Assembly (NCBI GenBank): GCA_035285865.1
Contig: JAYKHS010000026.1
Location: 64,001 to 128,000, forward strand
Length of the DNA stretch: 64,000 nucleotides
Reading direction: 5' to 3'
Origin: Candidatus Sericytochromatia bacterium
GTDB taxonomy: Bacteria > Cyanobacteriota > Sericytochromatia > S15B-MN24 > VGJW01
Shown here piece after piece: positions 28,378 through 38,452 of this stretch (within the stretch, counting starts at the first letter, position 1; each line of letters begins with the position of its first letter). The notes beneath the pieces are model-generated. The model worked only from the letters and a program-made list of their open reading frames with translations, was not told the DNA's origin and ran no database searches. A program made the translations under genes and the position numbers.

Positions 28378-29010
28378 TCACGACGTGAAGGGGTTCCATG
28401 GTGGCATGGACCGGGCCGGCCATGGGAGGGGGGGGGCCTCCGGACCCGGTAGCAGCAGCATGTCGAGGATGTGGGCCGTCAGGCCCCAGATGACGTGCGG
28501 ACCGACCACATAGGCAGGCAGGCTGCGGTTGGCCATGCCACGGCTACGGGTCTCGGGCTTGAGAGCGTGCAGCGGGCGGAGTTGTCGCACGCCCGGAGCC
28601 GTCAGCACGGCCCACGACCACGTGAGGACCAGATCGACCTCGCGGCCGTCCGGCATCGGTGTCGTCTGCAGGTCCAGTTCGGCCACCACAGGCTGGACCC
28701 GAACGCCGTAGAGTGTCTCCACGGCCGGGAGCAGGCCAACGGGACGGACATGGCGGGCGGCAAGGCCGATTTCCTCTCCCAGCTCGCGGACCGCCGTGTC
28801 CACAAGGTCGCGATCGCCGGGAGCCCAGCCGCCACCGGGGAAGCAGTATTCCCCCTTGTGGGTCGGCACCTCCATCGTTCGGCGCAGCAGCAAGGTTCCG
28901 CTGCCTTCGGGGCCACGGGTGACCGGCACGCATACGGCGGCCTCCCGTTCCGCGCGCCCAACGGGGGCGTCGAGCGGCAGCAGGCGGTCCAGATCCGGTC
29001 CGTGGGCCAT
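28378..29010 (-). CDS. Nudix CoA pyrophosphatase
   Basis: HKGEYCFPGG...TAVRELGEEIG Nudix box; IWGLTA. Confidence 0.88.
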   Translation of the reverse strand: MAHGPDLDRLLPLDAPVGRAEREAAVCVPVTRGPEGSGTLLLRRTMEVPTHKGEYCFPGGGWAPGDRDLVDTAVRELGEEIGLAARHVRPVGLLPAVETLYGVRVQPVVAELDLQTTPMPDGREVDLVLTWSWAVLTAPGVRQLRPLHALKPETRSRGMANRSLPAYVVGPHVIWGLTAHILDMLLLPGPEAPPLPWPARSMPPWNPFTS

Positions 29011-29063
29011 CGAGAGGATCATCATACCTGCGGGTGCTATCCTTGGACCGGATCCGGACCGGG

Positions 29064-29726
29064 ATGAGGTGTAGATTGAAGCTCTTGAGGACCAGCGTGC
29101 GCCGGGGCATCCTTGCGGCTTTGGCGACTCTCCCGGTGATGGTTCATGCAGATGATGCGCAGGCGGCGCGCAAGCCTGCGCCCGCCAGGTCGGCGGCGGC
29201 AGCCATGGAGCCCCGCGTGCGTTTCGGGTTCGTCGATTCGGTTCGCCTGCAGGCGGAGTCGCCGGGTTTGATGGCTGCACGGCAGCGCATCGAAGCCGAG
29301 CAGTTCCGTTACGACCAGGAACTGCGCGAAGGACAGCGGCGGATTGCCGCCATCGATGCCGACATCGCGTCTGTCGACGTGCGGGTGGCATCCTTGTCGG
29401 CGGAGGCCTCAGGGGATCCCGTCGTTCGCCAGAAGGCTTTCGAGGAGCGCGAGGCGCTGGACGATCGCAGGTACGCGCTCGCCGACGAGGTGGGGGGACG
29501 CATGTCCGCTCGGCGCGAGGCGCTGGATGAAGCCCGGCGGGCCCTCGAGCAGGAGATTCTGAGGATTCGCGGGGTGCTGGCCGATCTGGCGCGCCAGCGT
29601 CGTCTCGAGGGAGTCCTTGATGGACGCCACGCCTTCTTCGGTGCGGTCGATCTCACGGCCGACATGTTGCGCTTGCTTGGGGCGACGGGCTCGACGGTGC
29701 CCGTGACGCCGCCTGCCACGCCCTGA
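29064..29726 (+). CDS. OmpH/Skp-like periplasmic chaperone
   Basis: Signal peptide, RFGFVD, long coiled coil, VLD...AVDLT. Confidence 0.7.
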   Translation: MRCRLKLLRTSVRRGILAALATLPVMVHADDAQAARKPAPARSAAAAMEPRVRFGFVDSVRLQAESPGLMAARQRIEAEQFRYDQELREGQRRIAAIDADIASVDVRVASLSAEASGDPVVRQKAFEEREALDDRRYALADEVGGRMSARREALDEARRALEQEILRIRGVLADLARQRRLEGVLDGRHAFFGAVDLTADMLRLLGATGSTVPVTPPATP

Positions 29727-29734
29727 GATGGCGA

Positions 29735-29763
29735 GGTCGGCCCCGCAGCCTGCGGGGCCGACC
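29735..29763. terminator. Hairpin between convergent ompH-like and crp genes
   Basis: 13-bp perfect stem ggtcggccccgca-gcc-tgcggggccgacc. Confidence 0.6.
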
Positions 29764-29780
29764 ACATGCCGGGTCGGGAT

Positions 29781-30503
29781 TCAGGCCCAGGCTGCCAATA
29801 CCTCGGGCTTGTGGATCGTGATCTGCTGGTGGGCGATCGAGATGATGTCCTGATCCTGCAGACGGTTCAGGGCGCGCGTCACGGTCTCGCGGCTGGAGCC
29901 GACCATGTTCGCGAGGTCCTGATGCGTCATCTTGAGGTTGATCAGGATGCGGTTGCCACCCAGCAGGCGTCCCTCGACCCGCGACAGGCTGCAGAGCGTC
30001 GAGGCGACGCGCTCGTGGACGTCCTTGAATGCCAGATCCTCGACTTGCTGGTTCACCTGACGGATGCGCCGCGTAAGATCACGCAACAGTTGCAGGGCGA
30101 TGCGCGGAGTCTCGAGCACGACCCGCTCGAAGTCGCGCTTGCTGATTGTCAGGGCGACGACGGGCTCGTCGAGAACTTCGGCCGTGGCGGATCGGGGCAT
30201 TTCGTCGAAGATGGCCATCTCGCCGAAGAACGCGCCGGGCTGCATGATGGCGAGGGTCTTCTCGCGTCCGTCCTCGGTGATCTTGGAGATTTTCACGCGT
30301 CCGCTGCGAATGATGTAGAGCGTGTCGCCCTCGTCTCCCTCGTGGAAGATGATGCTCCGCTTGGGGTGGACCCGCTCGGAGACGATGGATGCGATGCGCT
30401 CGAGCGCGTCAGGAGCCACGTGGGAGAAGATGCTGACTTTCTGCAGGAAAGCGAGGCTCTGGGCGGGGGTCGAGGGGATGAACCGGGGCTCCTTGGGCGG
30501 CAC
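29781..30503 (-). CDS. Crp/Fnr family transcriptional regulator
   Basis: FFGEMA...PRSATA cNMP pocket; THQDLANMVGSSRETVTR HTH; GTG start with RBS. Confidence 0.93.
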   Translation of the reverse strand: MPPKEPRFIPSTPAQSLAFLQKVSIFSHVAPDALERIASIVSERVHPKRSIIFHEGDEGDTLYIIRSGRVKISKITEDGREKTLAIMQPGAFFGEMAIFDEMPRSATAEVLDEPVVALTISKRDFERVVLETPRIALQLLRDLTRRIRQVNQQVEDLAFKDVHERVASTLCSLSRVEGRLLGGNRILINLKMTHQDLANMVGSSRETVTRALNRLQDQDIISIAHQQITIHKPEVLAAWA

Positions 30504-30845
30504 GGCGAGCTTCCTTTGGTGGGGAGGGGTGGGACAGAAACTTTGCTGGAATGTCAACAAGTCGTCTATGTGAGCGAGTGTAGCAAACGACAATGTTGCG
30601 CTGTCAAGGATGGATATTGGCAGCAGAATCAGCGTGATGCTTCCGTGTGTCGTTGCGAAGGTTGCCGCGTGAACGGTTTGTTGCCGCGGAGGGCGTGCCC
30701 TCGCCCTCCGCGGTGAGACTTGATGACGCCAATTGCCGCTTCAGGTCATATATGAAGTTTTATGAACAACCGAAAATGCGCGCGGGGCGCGCCTCTTGGC
30801 CTTGCGGTCGTCGATATTATGTTCGAATGAATCGCGGGGAAGGCG

Positions 30846-31589
30846 TCAGTCGACGAGGCGCAGGTCGCGGGTTGCTTCGGCGGCCCTGAGGGCGCGCGCC
30901 GTGGCCAGGGGTTCCCCATGGGCGGGGGCGAGGGCCGTCAGGCTCCACGTCAACGGGGTGCCGGAAGGCAGGGTGCCGCGTTCCCCCCGAGGCCTGAAGA
31001 CAGGCCAGTGGTCCGGCGGTTGCACCGAACTGCTGGCTGGCCAGTTGGTCTCGGATACCAGATCCTCGAGGAGCACGCTGCCCGTGGTGTCGCGCACGGC
31101 GATCCGGTAGGCGACGGCCTCGGGGACGGCCTGCCACGAGATGATTCCCATCCGCTCAAGGATCAGGCTGTCCGTTGCGAGCCCGGCGACATTGATGCCG
31201 ACGGGCGTTGCCAAGGACTCGGTGGCTGGCCGGATGCCCGGCGAGGTGCTGCGCCAGCGTTCCGCGTTGGCGCCATCGAGTGCGCGCACGACATAGATGA
31301 ATGTGGTCCCCGGGGTGAGGCCGTCCCGGTCGACCCACGTGCGGGCCGGACTCGCGCCCAGCACCCGAATCCTGCTGCCTTCGACGCGTACGACCTCGTA
31401 GCGCGGGATGGCAGGCACCTCTCCCCAAGCCAGTTCGACCCGAGATCCCGTCCCGTCGGTGACGGCCAGCGCAGCAAGGGGCATCAGGCCTTGGCCTGTG
31501 CCGGGGACCTGCGGGCAACCTGCGAGCGTGGCGACTGCCGAGGCCGCGAGGGTGCCGGCCCGGACGGACCGCCTAGACCACCAGTGCAC
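30846..31589 (-). CDS. Lipoprotein with fibronectin type III-like domains
   Basis: Lipobox TLAGC; VELAW...YEVVR...GLTPGTTFIYVVRA. Confidence 0.65.
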   Translation of the reverse strand: MHWWSRRSVRAGTLAASAVATLAGCPQVPGTGQGLMPLAALAVTDGTGSRVELAWGEVPAIPRYEVVRVEGSRIRVLGASPARTWVDRDGLTPGTTFIYVVRALDGANAERWRSTSPGIRPATESLATPVGINVAGLATDSLILERMGIISWQAVPEAVAYRIAVRDTTGSVLLEDLVSETNWPASSSVQPPDHWPVFRPRGERGTLPSGTPLTWSLTALAPAHGEPLATARALRAAEATRDLRLVD

Positions 31590-32271
31590 GAAGCCGTTCC
31601 TCGTCGCGGACGACGAACCGCTGCCGGTCGATTCGGATCAGGCCCCGATCCTGATAGTCCATCAGGACGCGTGTCAGGGTCTCGCGCGACGTGCCGGTAC
31701 GGTTGGCCATCTCCTGACGCGTCATGCGCGTCTCGAATCCGCCGTCTTCATCGCGGCTGAGGACGGACTCCCGGGCCATTTCGAGCAGCAACCGCGCGAC
31801 CCGGCCCGGAGCCGACAGGAAGGCCAGGCTTTCGACGTGGCGATCCGTCTGGCGCAGCCGGCGGCAGAGGACGAGCAGCAGCTTCGGAGCGATGCCGGGC
31901 TGGCGGTTCAGCAGCGAAAGGAACTCCTCGCGCGGCAGGATCAGGATTTCCGAGGCCTCGACGGCGACGGCGGTCGCACTGCGTGGCTCGCCGTCGATCA
32001 GGGACATCTCACCGAAAACGTCCCTGGGTCCCAGGAAGCCGAGGATGTGCTCCCGGCCGTCGTGCGTCGAGTTCACGACGATCTTGACCTTGCCCGACAA
32101 CAGCACGCTGCAACTGGTGCCCGGATCGGATTCGTAGAAAACGATGGCATTCTTGGCCAGTTCGCGCTTGCGGGCGATGCCGACGATGGCCTGCAGCTCC
32201 TCGGCGTCCAGATCGGTGAAGAGGGGACTTTCCTTGAGAAAGCCCGCGAGGTCGCGCACCCGATCCGGCAT
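31573..32271 (-). CDS. Crp/Fnr family transcriptional regulator
   Basis: VFGEMS...PRSATA; TRQEMANRTGTSRETLTR. Confidence 0.93.
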   Translation of the reverse strand: MPDRVRDLAGFLKESPLFTDLDAEELQAIVGIARKRELAKNAIVFYESDPGTSCSVLLSGKVKIVVNSTHDGREHILGFLGPRDVFGEMSLIDGEPRSATAVAVEASEILILPREEFLSLLNRQPGIAPKLLLVLCRRLRQTDRHVESLAFLSAPGRVARLLLEMARESVLSRDEDGGFETRMTRQEMANRTGTSRETLTRVLMDYQDRGLIRIDRQRFVVRDEERLRALVV

Positions 32272-32500
32272 CGGCTTGATTCTAACATCCCGTCTTGTGG
32301 CTCATACGGTCATGCCTTACGATGGTGGTCCTCGTGGTCCGGGGCCGGACGGCCCCGCGCGGCGTTCCGCCGCCAACCCCGCCAGGCCCGGAAGGGAGCA
32401 ACGGTACGCGGATGCGAGCGGGTGCCGCGGGTTTCCCGTCCGGCCTCCGGGTCCCGGGGGTGACCGATGTTCTTCGGTCCCCCTGGGCAAGCCCTTTGCT

Positions 32501-33607
32501 ATGCCGGCGGATCAACATGGGTCCATGCTCAAGACCGGATTCCCCGGGCGATTCTCCCGCGTGTTGCTCTGGGCCGCGCTGTCCGGGCCATTTCTTCCCG
32601 GCCCCCCGGTGGCGGCCCACGCGTCCCAGACGCTCGATTGGCTGCCAGTTGCCAGGCGTGCTGTCGTTGCCATCGAGACCCTCGACAGGCCGGCGGGCCC
32701 CTTGGAGGGCATACTTCCCGTCATGCCCGGCGAGCCCGGCGGCGGCACGGGCCGAGGAGCCGGATTCCGATGGCTGCGGGAAGGTCTGGTGGTCACGAGT
32801 GCGCACGTCGTCCAGGACGCCCTTCGTGTGCGTGTGGGAACGGGTGACGGTGCCTGGTGGCCTGGACGCCTGGTCGGCGTGGATCGCCCCTCGGACCTTG
32901 CCTTGGTCGCCGTGGATGCCTGGGGATCGGCCGAGGGCCTTGCTCTGGCGGACGAGGATCGTCTGGGCGTCGGTGACCCTGTCCTCGCAATCGGTCATCC
33001 GCTTGGGCTCGAAGGCACCGTGACGCGTGGCATCGTGAGCGCGCTGGACCGCGGCTTGCCGATCGCCGATCGGATCGACTTCATCCAGACCGACGCGTGT
33101 CTGCAGCCGGGTTCATCGGGTGGGCCGCTGCTCGATGCGGATGGCCGCGTCGTCGGCGTCAATGCCGCGGTGGCTCGTCACTTGCCGGGCATCGGTTTCG
33201 CCGTACCGGCACGGATCGTTCGATGGGTGCTGCCGAGACTGCGCGCCGGCAAGGGGATCGTGCGCGGACAGTTGTCGGCGACGTGGACCGAGCAGACGGA
33301 AGAGCGCCCCTGGCATCAGCCCAGCCACGATGGGGTGCTGCTGGTAGCGGCTGCTCCCGGGGGAGCGGTCGCAAGGGCGGGTCTGCGCCCGGGCGATCGC
33401 CTCCTTTCGCTGGGAGGGCGGGCAATCCTGAATCCGGCGGACGTGGGGCGCTTCTTGTTGTGCACTGTACCGGGACAGACCGTGGACGCCGAGTTCACGC
33501 GGGGCGCGAGCCGGGAACGTGTCATACTGACGCTGGATGCGGTGCCAGGTGACGATGAGCTTCGAGGACAGTTTCCGGCGTATCGTCGGCCAACTGCCCG
33601 GCCATGA
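32501..33607 (+). CDS. HtrA/DegS-like trypsin protease with PDZ domain
   Basis: TSAHVV, SDLAL, IQTDA, PGSSGGPL, AGLRPGD; start uncertain. Confidence 0.88.
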   Translation: MPADQHGSMLKTGFPGRFSRVLLWAALSGPFLPGPPVAAHASQTLDWLPVARRAVVAIETLDRPAGPLEGILPVMPGEPGGGTGRGAGFRWLREGLVVTSAHVVQDALRVRVGTGDGAWWPGRLVGVDRPSDLALVAVDAWGSAEGLALADEDRLGVGDPVLAIGHPLGLEGTVTRGIVSALDRGLPIADRIDFIQTDACLQPGSSGGPLLDADGRVVGVNAAVARHLPGIGFAVPARIVRWVLPRLRAGKGIVRGQLSATWTEQTEERPWHQPSHDGVLLVAAAPGGAVARAGLRPGDRLLSLGGRAILNPADVGRFLLCTVPGQTVDAEFTRGASRERVILTLDAVPGDDELRGQFPAYRRPTARP

Positions 33608-35501
33608 GCCCAGGGCGGCTCAGGAACTCATGGCGGCCACCGTGGATGACGCCCTGCAGCGTGGCCGCCATGCCCTCGTCGAGGCCGGCACGGGCTGCGG
33701 CAAGTCCTTCGCCTACCTGATTCCCTTGCTGCTCGGCGAAGGGCCCGTCGTGGTCTCCACGGCCTCCATCGCGCTGCAGGAGCAGCTTCTGCTCAAGGAC
33801 TTGCCCTTTCTGGAACAGGCGATGGGGCGTTCCATCCCGGTGGTGCTTGCCAAGGGGCGAAATCACTACCTTTGCCAGCAGAAGTTCTGGGAGCTCGATC
33901 GCATCCTGCCCGTGACGGATGCCCGGCGTCCTGCATTCGAGGATCTGCGTGGCCGCCTGGCGTCATGGGACATGGACGTGGCGAGCCTCGACAGCCGCAT
34001 TCCCGACGATCTCTGGTCCGAGCTGGGCCAGACCTCGGAGGATTGCCTGGGACCCCGATGCGAGTTCCATGACCGCAACCCCATGCGCATCCAACGCCAG
34101 CGCATGGCCGATGCCCATCTCATCGTCACCAACCACGCCTTCTACATGGCCGACGTGGCGCTCGGGGGGCAGCTGCTCCCGCCGCACCGGGCGGTGGTCT
34201 TCGACGAGGCCCACCATCTCCCTGCCGTGGCGACTCAGGCCTATCTCGCGACCATCGGCCGCTACAGCCAGCTCGCCCTGCTGCAGAAGATTCGCCGCAG
34301 GGTCGCGCCTGTCCCCGAAGGCCTCGCCCGCAACCTGATCGGGCTGGAGGCGACGCTCTTCGAATGCCTGCTCTCGGCCGCGGAAGGCGGGCCTATGCCT
34401 CCATCTCCTCTGGCTGCCCAGCAGCAGGGACGCACGTCCTTTCGGCTCTTTCCCGACGGCCGCTTCCTGGACGTCGCGGAAGGCATTCTGGAACAACTTG
34501 GCGAGCTGCGGCACTGGCTGAAGTCCGAGCCAACGCCCGACGGTCTGCTGCCCGAGTTGGCGAGCAAGGCTCCGCTCCACCGCGAGCGCTGCCGGATGCA
34601 GCTCGACGGCCTGATGCGGCGCTGGGAGCACTTCGCGCGCGAGGCGGATCCGGGCGGAGACCGGGTGGCGTGGGTCGAGCTGGATCGGCATCGGGGTACC
34701 TTCGAACTCAAGAGCGCGCCGCTCGAAACCGGAAGTACCCTTGCCCGGGACCTCTGGAGCAAGCGGCCGGCCATCCTGACTTCGGCAACGCTCGCCGTCG
34801 ATGGCGATTTTTCCTACTTCAGGCGGCAACTGGCCATTCCGGACCCCGTGGAGCTGGCCGTGGCGAGTCCCTTCGACTACCGTCGCCAGGCGACGCTCTA
34901 TGTCCCGAGGTTGTTGCCACAGCCCAATGAGCCGGGCTTCGCGGAAGAAGCCCGCCGTGCCATCCGGGACATCCTCGAATTTTCGCAGGGCAGAGCTTTC
35001 GTGCTGTTCACGGCACATCGCGCGATGAGGGCGGCCTTCCGGACGCTCGAGCCCGATCTGCCGTTCCCCGCGCGACAGCAGGGGGACGCGCCCAGGACGG
35101 TCCTGCTGGACTGGTTCCGCCAGACGCCTCATGCCGTTCTGTTCGCGACGTCCAGCTTCTGGGAAGGGGTCGATGTTCCCGGGGATGCCCTGTCCTGCGT
35201 CATCATCGATCGTCTGCCGTTCTCCGTGCCCGACGACCCTGTGGTTCAGGCACGGGTCGACCAACTCAAGGCCAGAGGACGGGACTGGTTCGGCGAGTAC
35301 ACCCTGCCCGAGGCCATCATTCGCCTGAAGCAGGGCTTCGGGCGCCTGATCCGGACAGGTTCGGACCGCGGTCTCGTGGCGATTCTCGACAATCGTCTGC
35401 TGACGAAGGCCTACGGCGCGAGCATCCTCAAGGCCTTGCCGGATTGCCCGACGGTCCGGGATCTCGACGAGGTCCGCTCGCTCGGGATCGGTCCGGCCTA
35501 G
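33555..35501 (+). CDS. DinG/YoaA family ATP-dependent DNA helicase
   Basis: EAGTGCGKS, KGRNHYLC, DEAH, TSATL, FWEGVD, QGFGRLIR. Confidence 0.93.
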   Translation: MSFEDSFRRIVGQLPGHEPRAAQELMAATVDDALQRGRHALVEAGTGCGKSFAYLIPLLLGEGPVVVSTASIALQEQLLLKDLPFLEQAMGRSIPVVLAKGRNHYLCQQKFWELDRILPVTDARRPAFEDLRGRLASWDMDVASLDSRIPDDLWSELGQTSEDCLGPRCEFHDRNPMRIQRQRMADAHLIVTNHAFYMADVALGGQLLPPHRAVVFDEAHHLPAVATQAYLATIGRYSQLALLQKIRRRVAPVPEGLARNLIGLEATLFECLLSAAEGGPMPPSPLAAQQQGRTSFRLFPDGRFLDVAEGILEQLGELRHWLKSEPTPDGLLPELASKAPLHRERCRMQLDGLMRRWEHFAREADPGGDRVAWVELDRHRGTFELKSAPLETGSTLARDLWSKRPAILTSATLAVDGDFSYFRRQLAIPDPVELAVASPFDYRRQATLYVPRLLPQPNEPGFAEEARRAIRDILEFSQGRAFVLFTAHRAMRAAFRTLEPDLPFPARQQGDAPRTVLLDWFRQTPHAVLFATSSFWEGVDVPGDALSCVIIDRLPFSVPDDPVVQARVDQLKARGRDWFGEYTLPEAIIRLKQGFGRLIRTGSDRGLVAILDNRLLTKAYGASILKALPDCPTVRDLDEVRSLGIGPA

Positions 35502-36478
35502 AAGCGTCGATAGTAGATCGTCCCGAGGGTACGGTCCGTCATGGCATTGCGTGACAGGCCCATATCCGGGTCGAGACCCAGCGCAAGACGGATTCCCTCG
35601 CCCTCGGCGAGGCGCCACTCCACGGACGGCGTGACCTTGAGCTTGGCTTGCAGCTGGGCGCTCTCGGCGAGGCCGGGCAGGTCCGACTGTGCGCGGAAGG
35701 CCGTGATGCCCAGACCGAACCAGCCGTCCGGAATGATCTCGAGCTCGCCTTGCCATGTCCCCAGCAGCGCCCTGCCCAGATAGAAGACCGGCACGGGCCC
35801 CGCCGAAAGAGCAGCCAGAGGCTGCTGCCATGCCAGATTCAGACTCTGGGACCACATCTGATCGCTCCAGAGCATCGCGACTCCGATCTGGCCCGTAGGC
35901 AGACCGAGTCCGGTCATGTCCGCTGCGGCTCCCGCGAAGCGCCCTGTCGGCAACGTCAGGCCACCCCACAGCGCCACCGAGGGCCACATGCCTTCCCCAT
36001 CGCGGACGGTCCATGCCCCTTGCAACGCGATGTCTGCCAGACCGCCACCCTGGCTCTCGCGCGGGATGGCCTCACCCGTTTCCTCGTCGCTGGTGTCGAG
36101 CGGCGCGACCTTGCCGAGGGCTGCCCATCGCGCACCATCGAGGCGATTCAGGGCACCGGGCAGCGTCATGGACAGCGCGAGGCCGTCGCTTGGGTACCAC
36201 GTCAGGGCCGTCTGTACCTGAAGGCTGCGCAAGCTGCTGCCAATCGGCTTGTCCACCCACGCCCCCGCCTCGTTGAAGCTCCCCGTGATGTCGCGGACGG
36301 AGACTCCCGTCTGGACAAGCCAGTTCCCCATGCCGCCGAACATGCTTCCGGCACCGGCCAAGGAACCGATGTCGGCACCGCTACCGGGAAGTCCACAGCC
36401 GCAGGTGGTACAGGCCTCTGCGCGGCCGGCCGCAAGACTTGCCACGATGGCGAGAGACAGCGCGCGGCGCAGCATCAT
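35498..36478 (-). CDS. Putative outer-membrane beta-barrel with N-terminal CxxCxC
   Basis: AEA-CTTCGC after the signal peptide; GLADI, LTLPTG; ends YYRRF. Confidence 0.6.
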   Translation of the reverse strand: MMLRRALSLAIVASLAAGRAEACTTCGCGLPGSGADIGSLAGAGSMFGGMGNWLVQTGVSVRDITGSFNEAGAWVDKPIGSSLRSLQVQTALTWYPSDGLALSMTLPGALNRLDGARWAALGKVAPLDTSDEETGEAIPRESQGGGLADIALQGAWTVRDGEGMWPSVALWGGLTLPTGRFAGAAADMTGLGLPTGQIGVAMLWSDQMWSQSLNLAWQQPLAALSAGPVPVFYLGRALLGTWQGELEIIPDGWFGLGITAFRAQSDLPGLAESAQLQAKLKVTPSVEWRLAEGEGIRLALGLDPDMGLSRNAMTDRTLGTIYYRRF

Positions 36479-37020
36479 GGCTGTGGACCCTCCCGAGCGG
36501 TAAGAGGCAGGAGCTTCCGGATGGCCGACACCAACTCTCCTGATGGGGGAGGGCCTGCCCACTGCTTGCGGATGTTGCCTGCCTGATCCGCCAGCACCAG
36601 TGTCGGGTAGCCGCGGACGCCGCGGAACCTGCGGCGCAGGGCGTCATCGCCGACGATGACGGGAAAAGGCAGGTGCAGTTGCTCGGCCAGTGCGGTGCGT
36701 GCCTGCTGGTCGGCAGGTGCATCCATCGTCAGCGCGACGAGGCGCAGGCCCGAGGGACCCAGTTCGTCCTGGAGGGCGGCGAGTTCGGGCCACTCACCCA
36801 TGCAGATCGTGCACCAAGGGGCCCACAGCACGATCAGGGCAACGTGCCCCCGTAGCGCGGCGCTGTCCCACACCATGCCATCTCCGAGGCCGGGCTGCCG
36901 GAATGTCGGCAACGGTCGTTCCCCGAGCAGGGCGGCCTCCGCAACCATCAGGCGAGACGACAGCACCAGCGCCATGAGTGCCAGCGACAGCCCGGCTGCG
37001 TTGTGGATGCCTCCTGCCAT
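36475..37020 (-). CDS. TlpA family thiol:disulfide oxidoreductase
   Basis: WAPWCTICMGE, GYPT. Confidence 0.88.
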   Translation of the reverse strand: MAGGIHNAAGLSLALMALVLSSRLMVAEAALLGERPLPTFRQPGLGDGMVWDSAALRGHVALIVLWAPWCTICMGEWPELAALQDELGPSGLRLVALTMDAPADQQARTALAEQLHLPFPVIVGDDALRRRFRGVRGYPTLVLADQAGNIRKQWAGPPPSGELVSAIRKLLPLTAREGPQP

Positions 37021-37054
37021 GAGTCCATCCTACCCCCGGGATGCCCCGGGGGGC

Positions 37055-38452
37055 TCAATTGCCGCCGATTCCCGGAAGGGTTTCCTGACTGCCGGCGAGT
37101 CGTGTCGTGATCTTCGGTGTCACGACAATGATGATCTCGGATTCGGCCTTGGAGTCGACGGTCGTCTGGAAGAAGGCGCCCAGCAGGGGGATGTCTCCAA
37201 GTAGCGGGATTTTCACGACGCTTTTTGTCACGTCCGTGCGCTTGAGGCCGCCGATGACGATACTCTCGCCATCCTTGACCCGCATCGTGGTCTCGACCTT
37301 GCGGGAGTCGATGATGGGCACGGCATTGCCGTTGACGATGACATCCCCGGTCTTGGCCGAAATCTCGGGGGCCAGCTCGAGGGTCACGAAGCCCTTGGTA
37401 TCGATGCGTGGCGTGATGTTCAGGATTTGTCCGGCTTCCTGGAAACTGATCTGCGTGGTCGCGAAGCCATTTGGCGTGATGGTGACGTTCGTGACCGGGA
37501 ACTTGTTGACGATCGTGATGGTTGCCTTCTTGTTGTCCTGGGCGGCCACCTTTGGATTGGCGAGCACGGTTGCGTTGTTGTTCTGGATGGCGGCGTCAAG
37601 CCGGGCATTGAAGTTGGCCGTGAGGTTGTCCAGCGCGTGGAACGTGATCGCGGTGCCGCCATTGGTCGTCGCGGGGTTGCCGGCCTGATTCCCGGCGCCG
37701 CCCGCAGTGGTATTGGGGTTGCTGTTGTTGAAGGAAGCCCCGAACTTGGATCCGCCGAATCCATAGTTGATGCCGAGTTGCTCGCTGACGCGCGAGGAGA
37801 CTTCGATCATCTTGACCTCGATGAGAACCTGGGGGGTCGGGATGTCCAAGGCCTGGATGAGCGCCTTGGCGCGATCCAGCGTGTCTTCCGAAGCCGTGAT
37901 GATGAGGCTGTTGGTGCGATCATCGCTGAGGATTCGGATTGTCTCGTTGCCGGCCTTCTCGTCGCCTTGCGCCAAAGCCTGCTTGATGCGGGGTTCGAGG
38001 TCCGTGACCTTGCTGTTGTCGATGCGGAAGAGCACCGTTTGCATGCCCGTGAACTTCTTCTTGGCGAAGACCTCGCGCGTGGCGATCAGGAGCGTCGAGC
38101 CGACCCGGCGGGCCTCCAGATCCTGCATCTTCATGACGAGGCTCAGGGCTTCCTCGAGTGGTACGGCCTTGAGCGAGATCGTGACCTTGCCTTGGACCGA
38201 ATCATCAATCAGTAGGTTCATGCCGCCCTTGCGTCCCATGGTTTCCAGAATCTGCCGAACGTCAACGTTCGCAAGGTTGAGGGTGACGAGGGTGGGGTTC
38301 TGGATGAGGCGCGTGCGCTCCACGCCGAGGGAGCGATCGCCCACGGCCCGGACATCGCTGCCGGAGGCCTGTGCCCGGGCGGGCTGCATCTGTCCCGAAA
38401 GGGTCACTGCAGCCGCCATCAGGCCCAGGATGCGTCGGGTCCGGCTTCTCAT
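37055..38452 (-). CDS. pilQ: Type IVa pilus secretin PilQ
   Basis: STN domain, DDRTNSLII, LDIPTPQVLIE, VKDGESIVIGG, KIPLLGDIPLLGAFF. Confidence 0.9.
   Translation of the reverse strand: MRSRTRRILGLMAAAVTLSGQMQPARAQASGSDVRAVGDRSLGVERTRLIQNPTLVTLNLANVDVRQILETMGRKGGMNLLIDDSVQGKVTISLKAVPLEEALSLVMKMQDLEARRVGSTLLIATREVFAKKKFTGMQTVLFRIDNSKVTDLEPRIKQALAQGDEKAGNETIRILSDDRTNSLIITASEDTLDRAKALIQALDIPTPQVLIEVKMIEVSSRVSEQLGINYGFGGSKFGASFNNSNPNTTAGGAGNQAGNPATTNGGTAITFHALDNLTANFNARLDAAIQNNNATVLANPKVAAQDNKKATITIVNKFPVTNVTITPNGFATTQISFQEAGQILNITPRIDTKGFVTLELAPEISAKTGDVIVNGNAVPIIDSRKVETTMRVKDGESIVIGGLKRTDVTKSVVKIPLLGDIPLLGAFFQTTVDSKAESEIIIVVTPKITTRLAGSQETLPGIGGN

Noticed and set aside
37033..37052. cccccggg-atgc-cccggggg hairpin after pilQ as a terminator
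   Set aside because: Short stem, no U-tract, abuts the tlpA -10 element; function unclear
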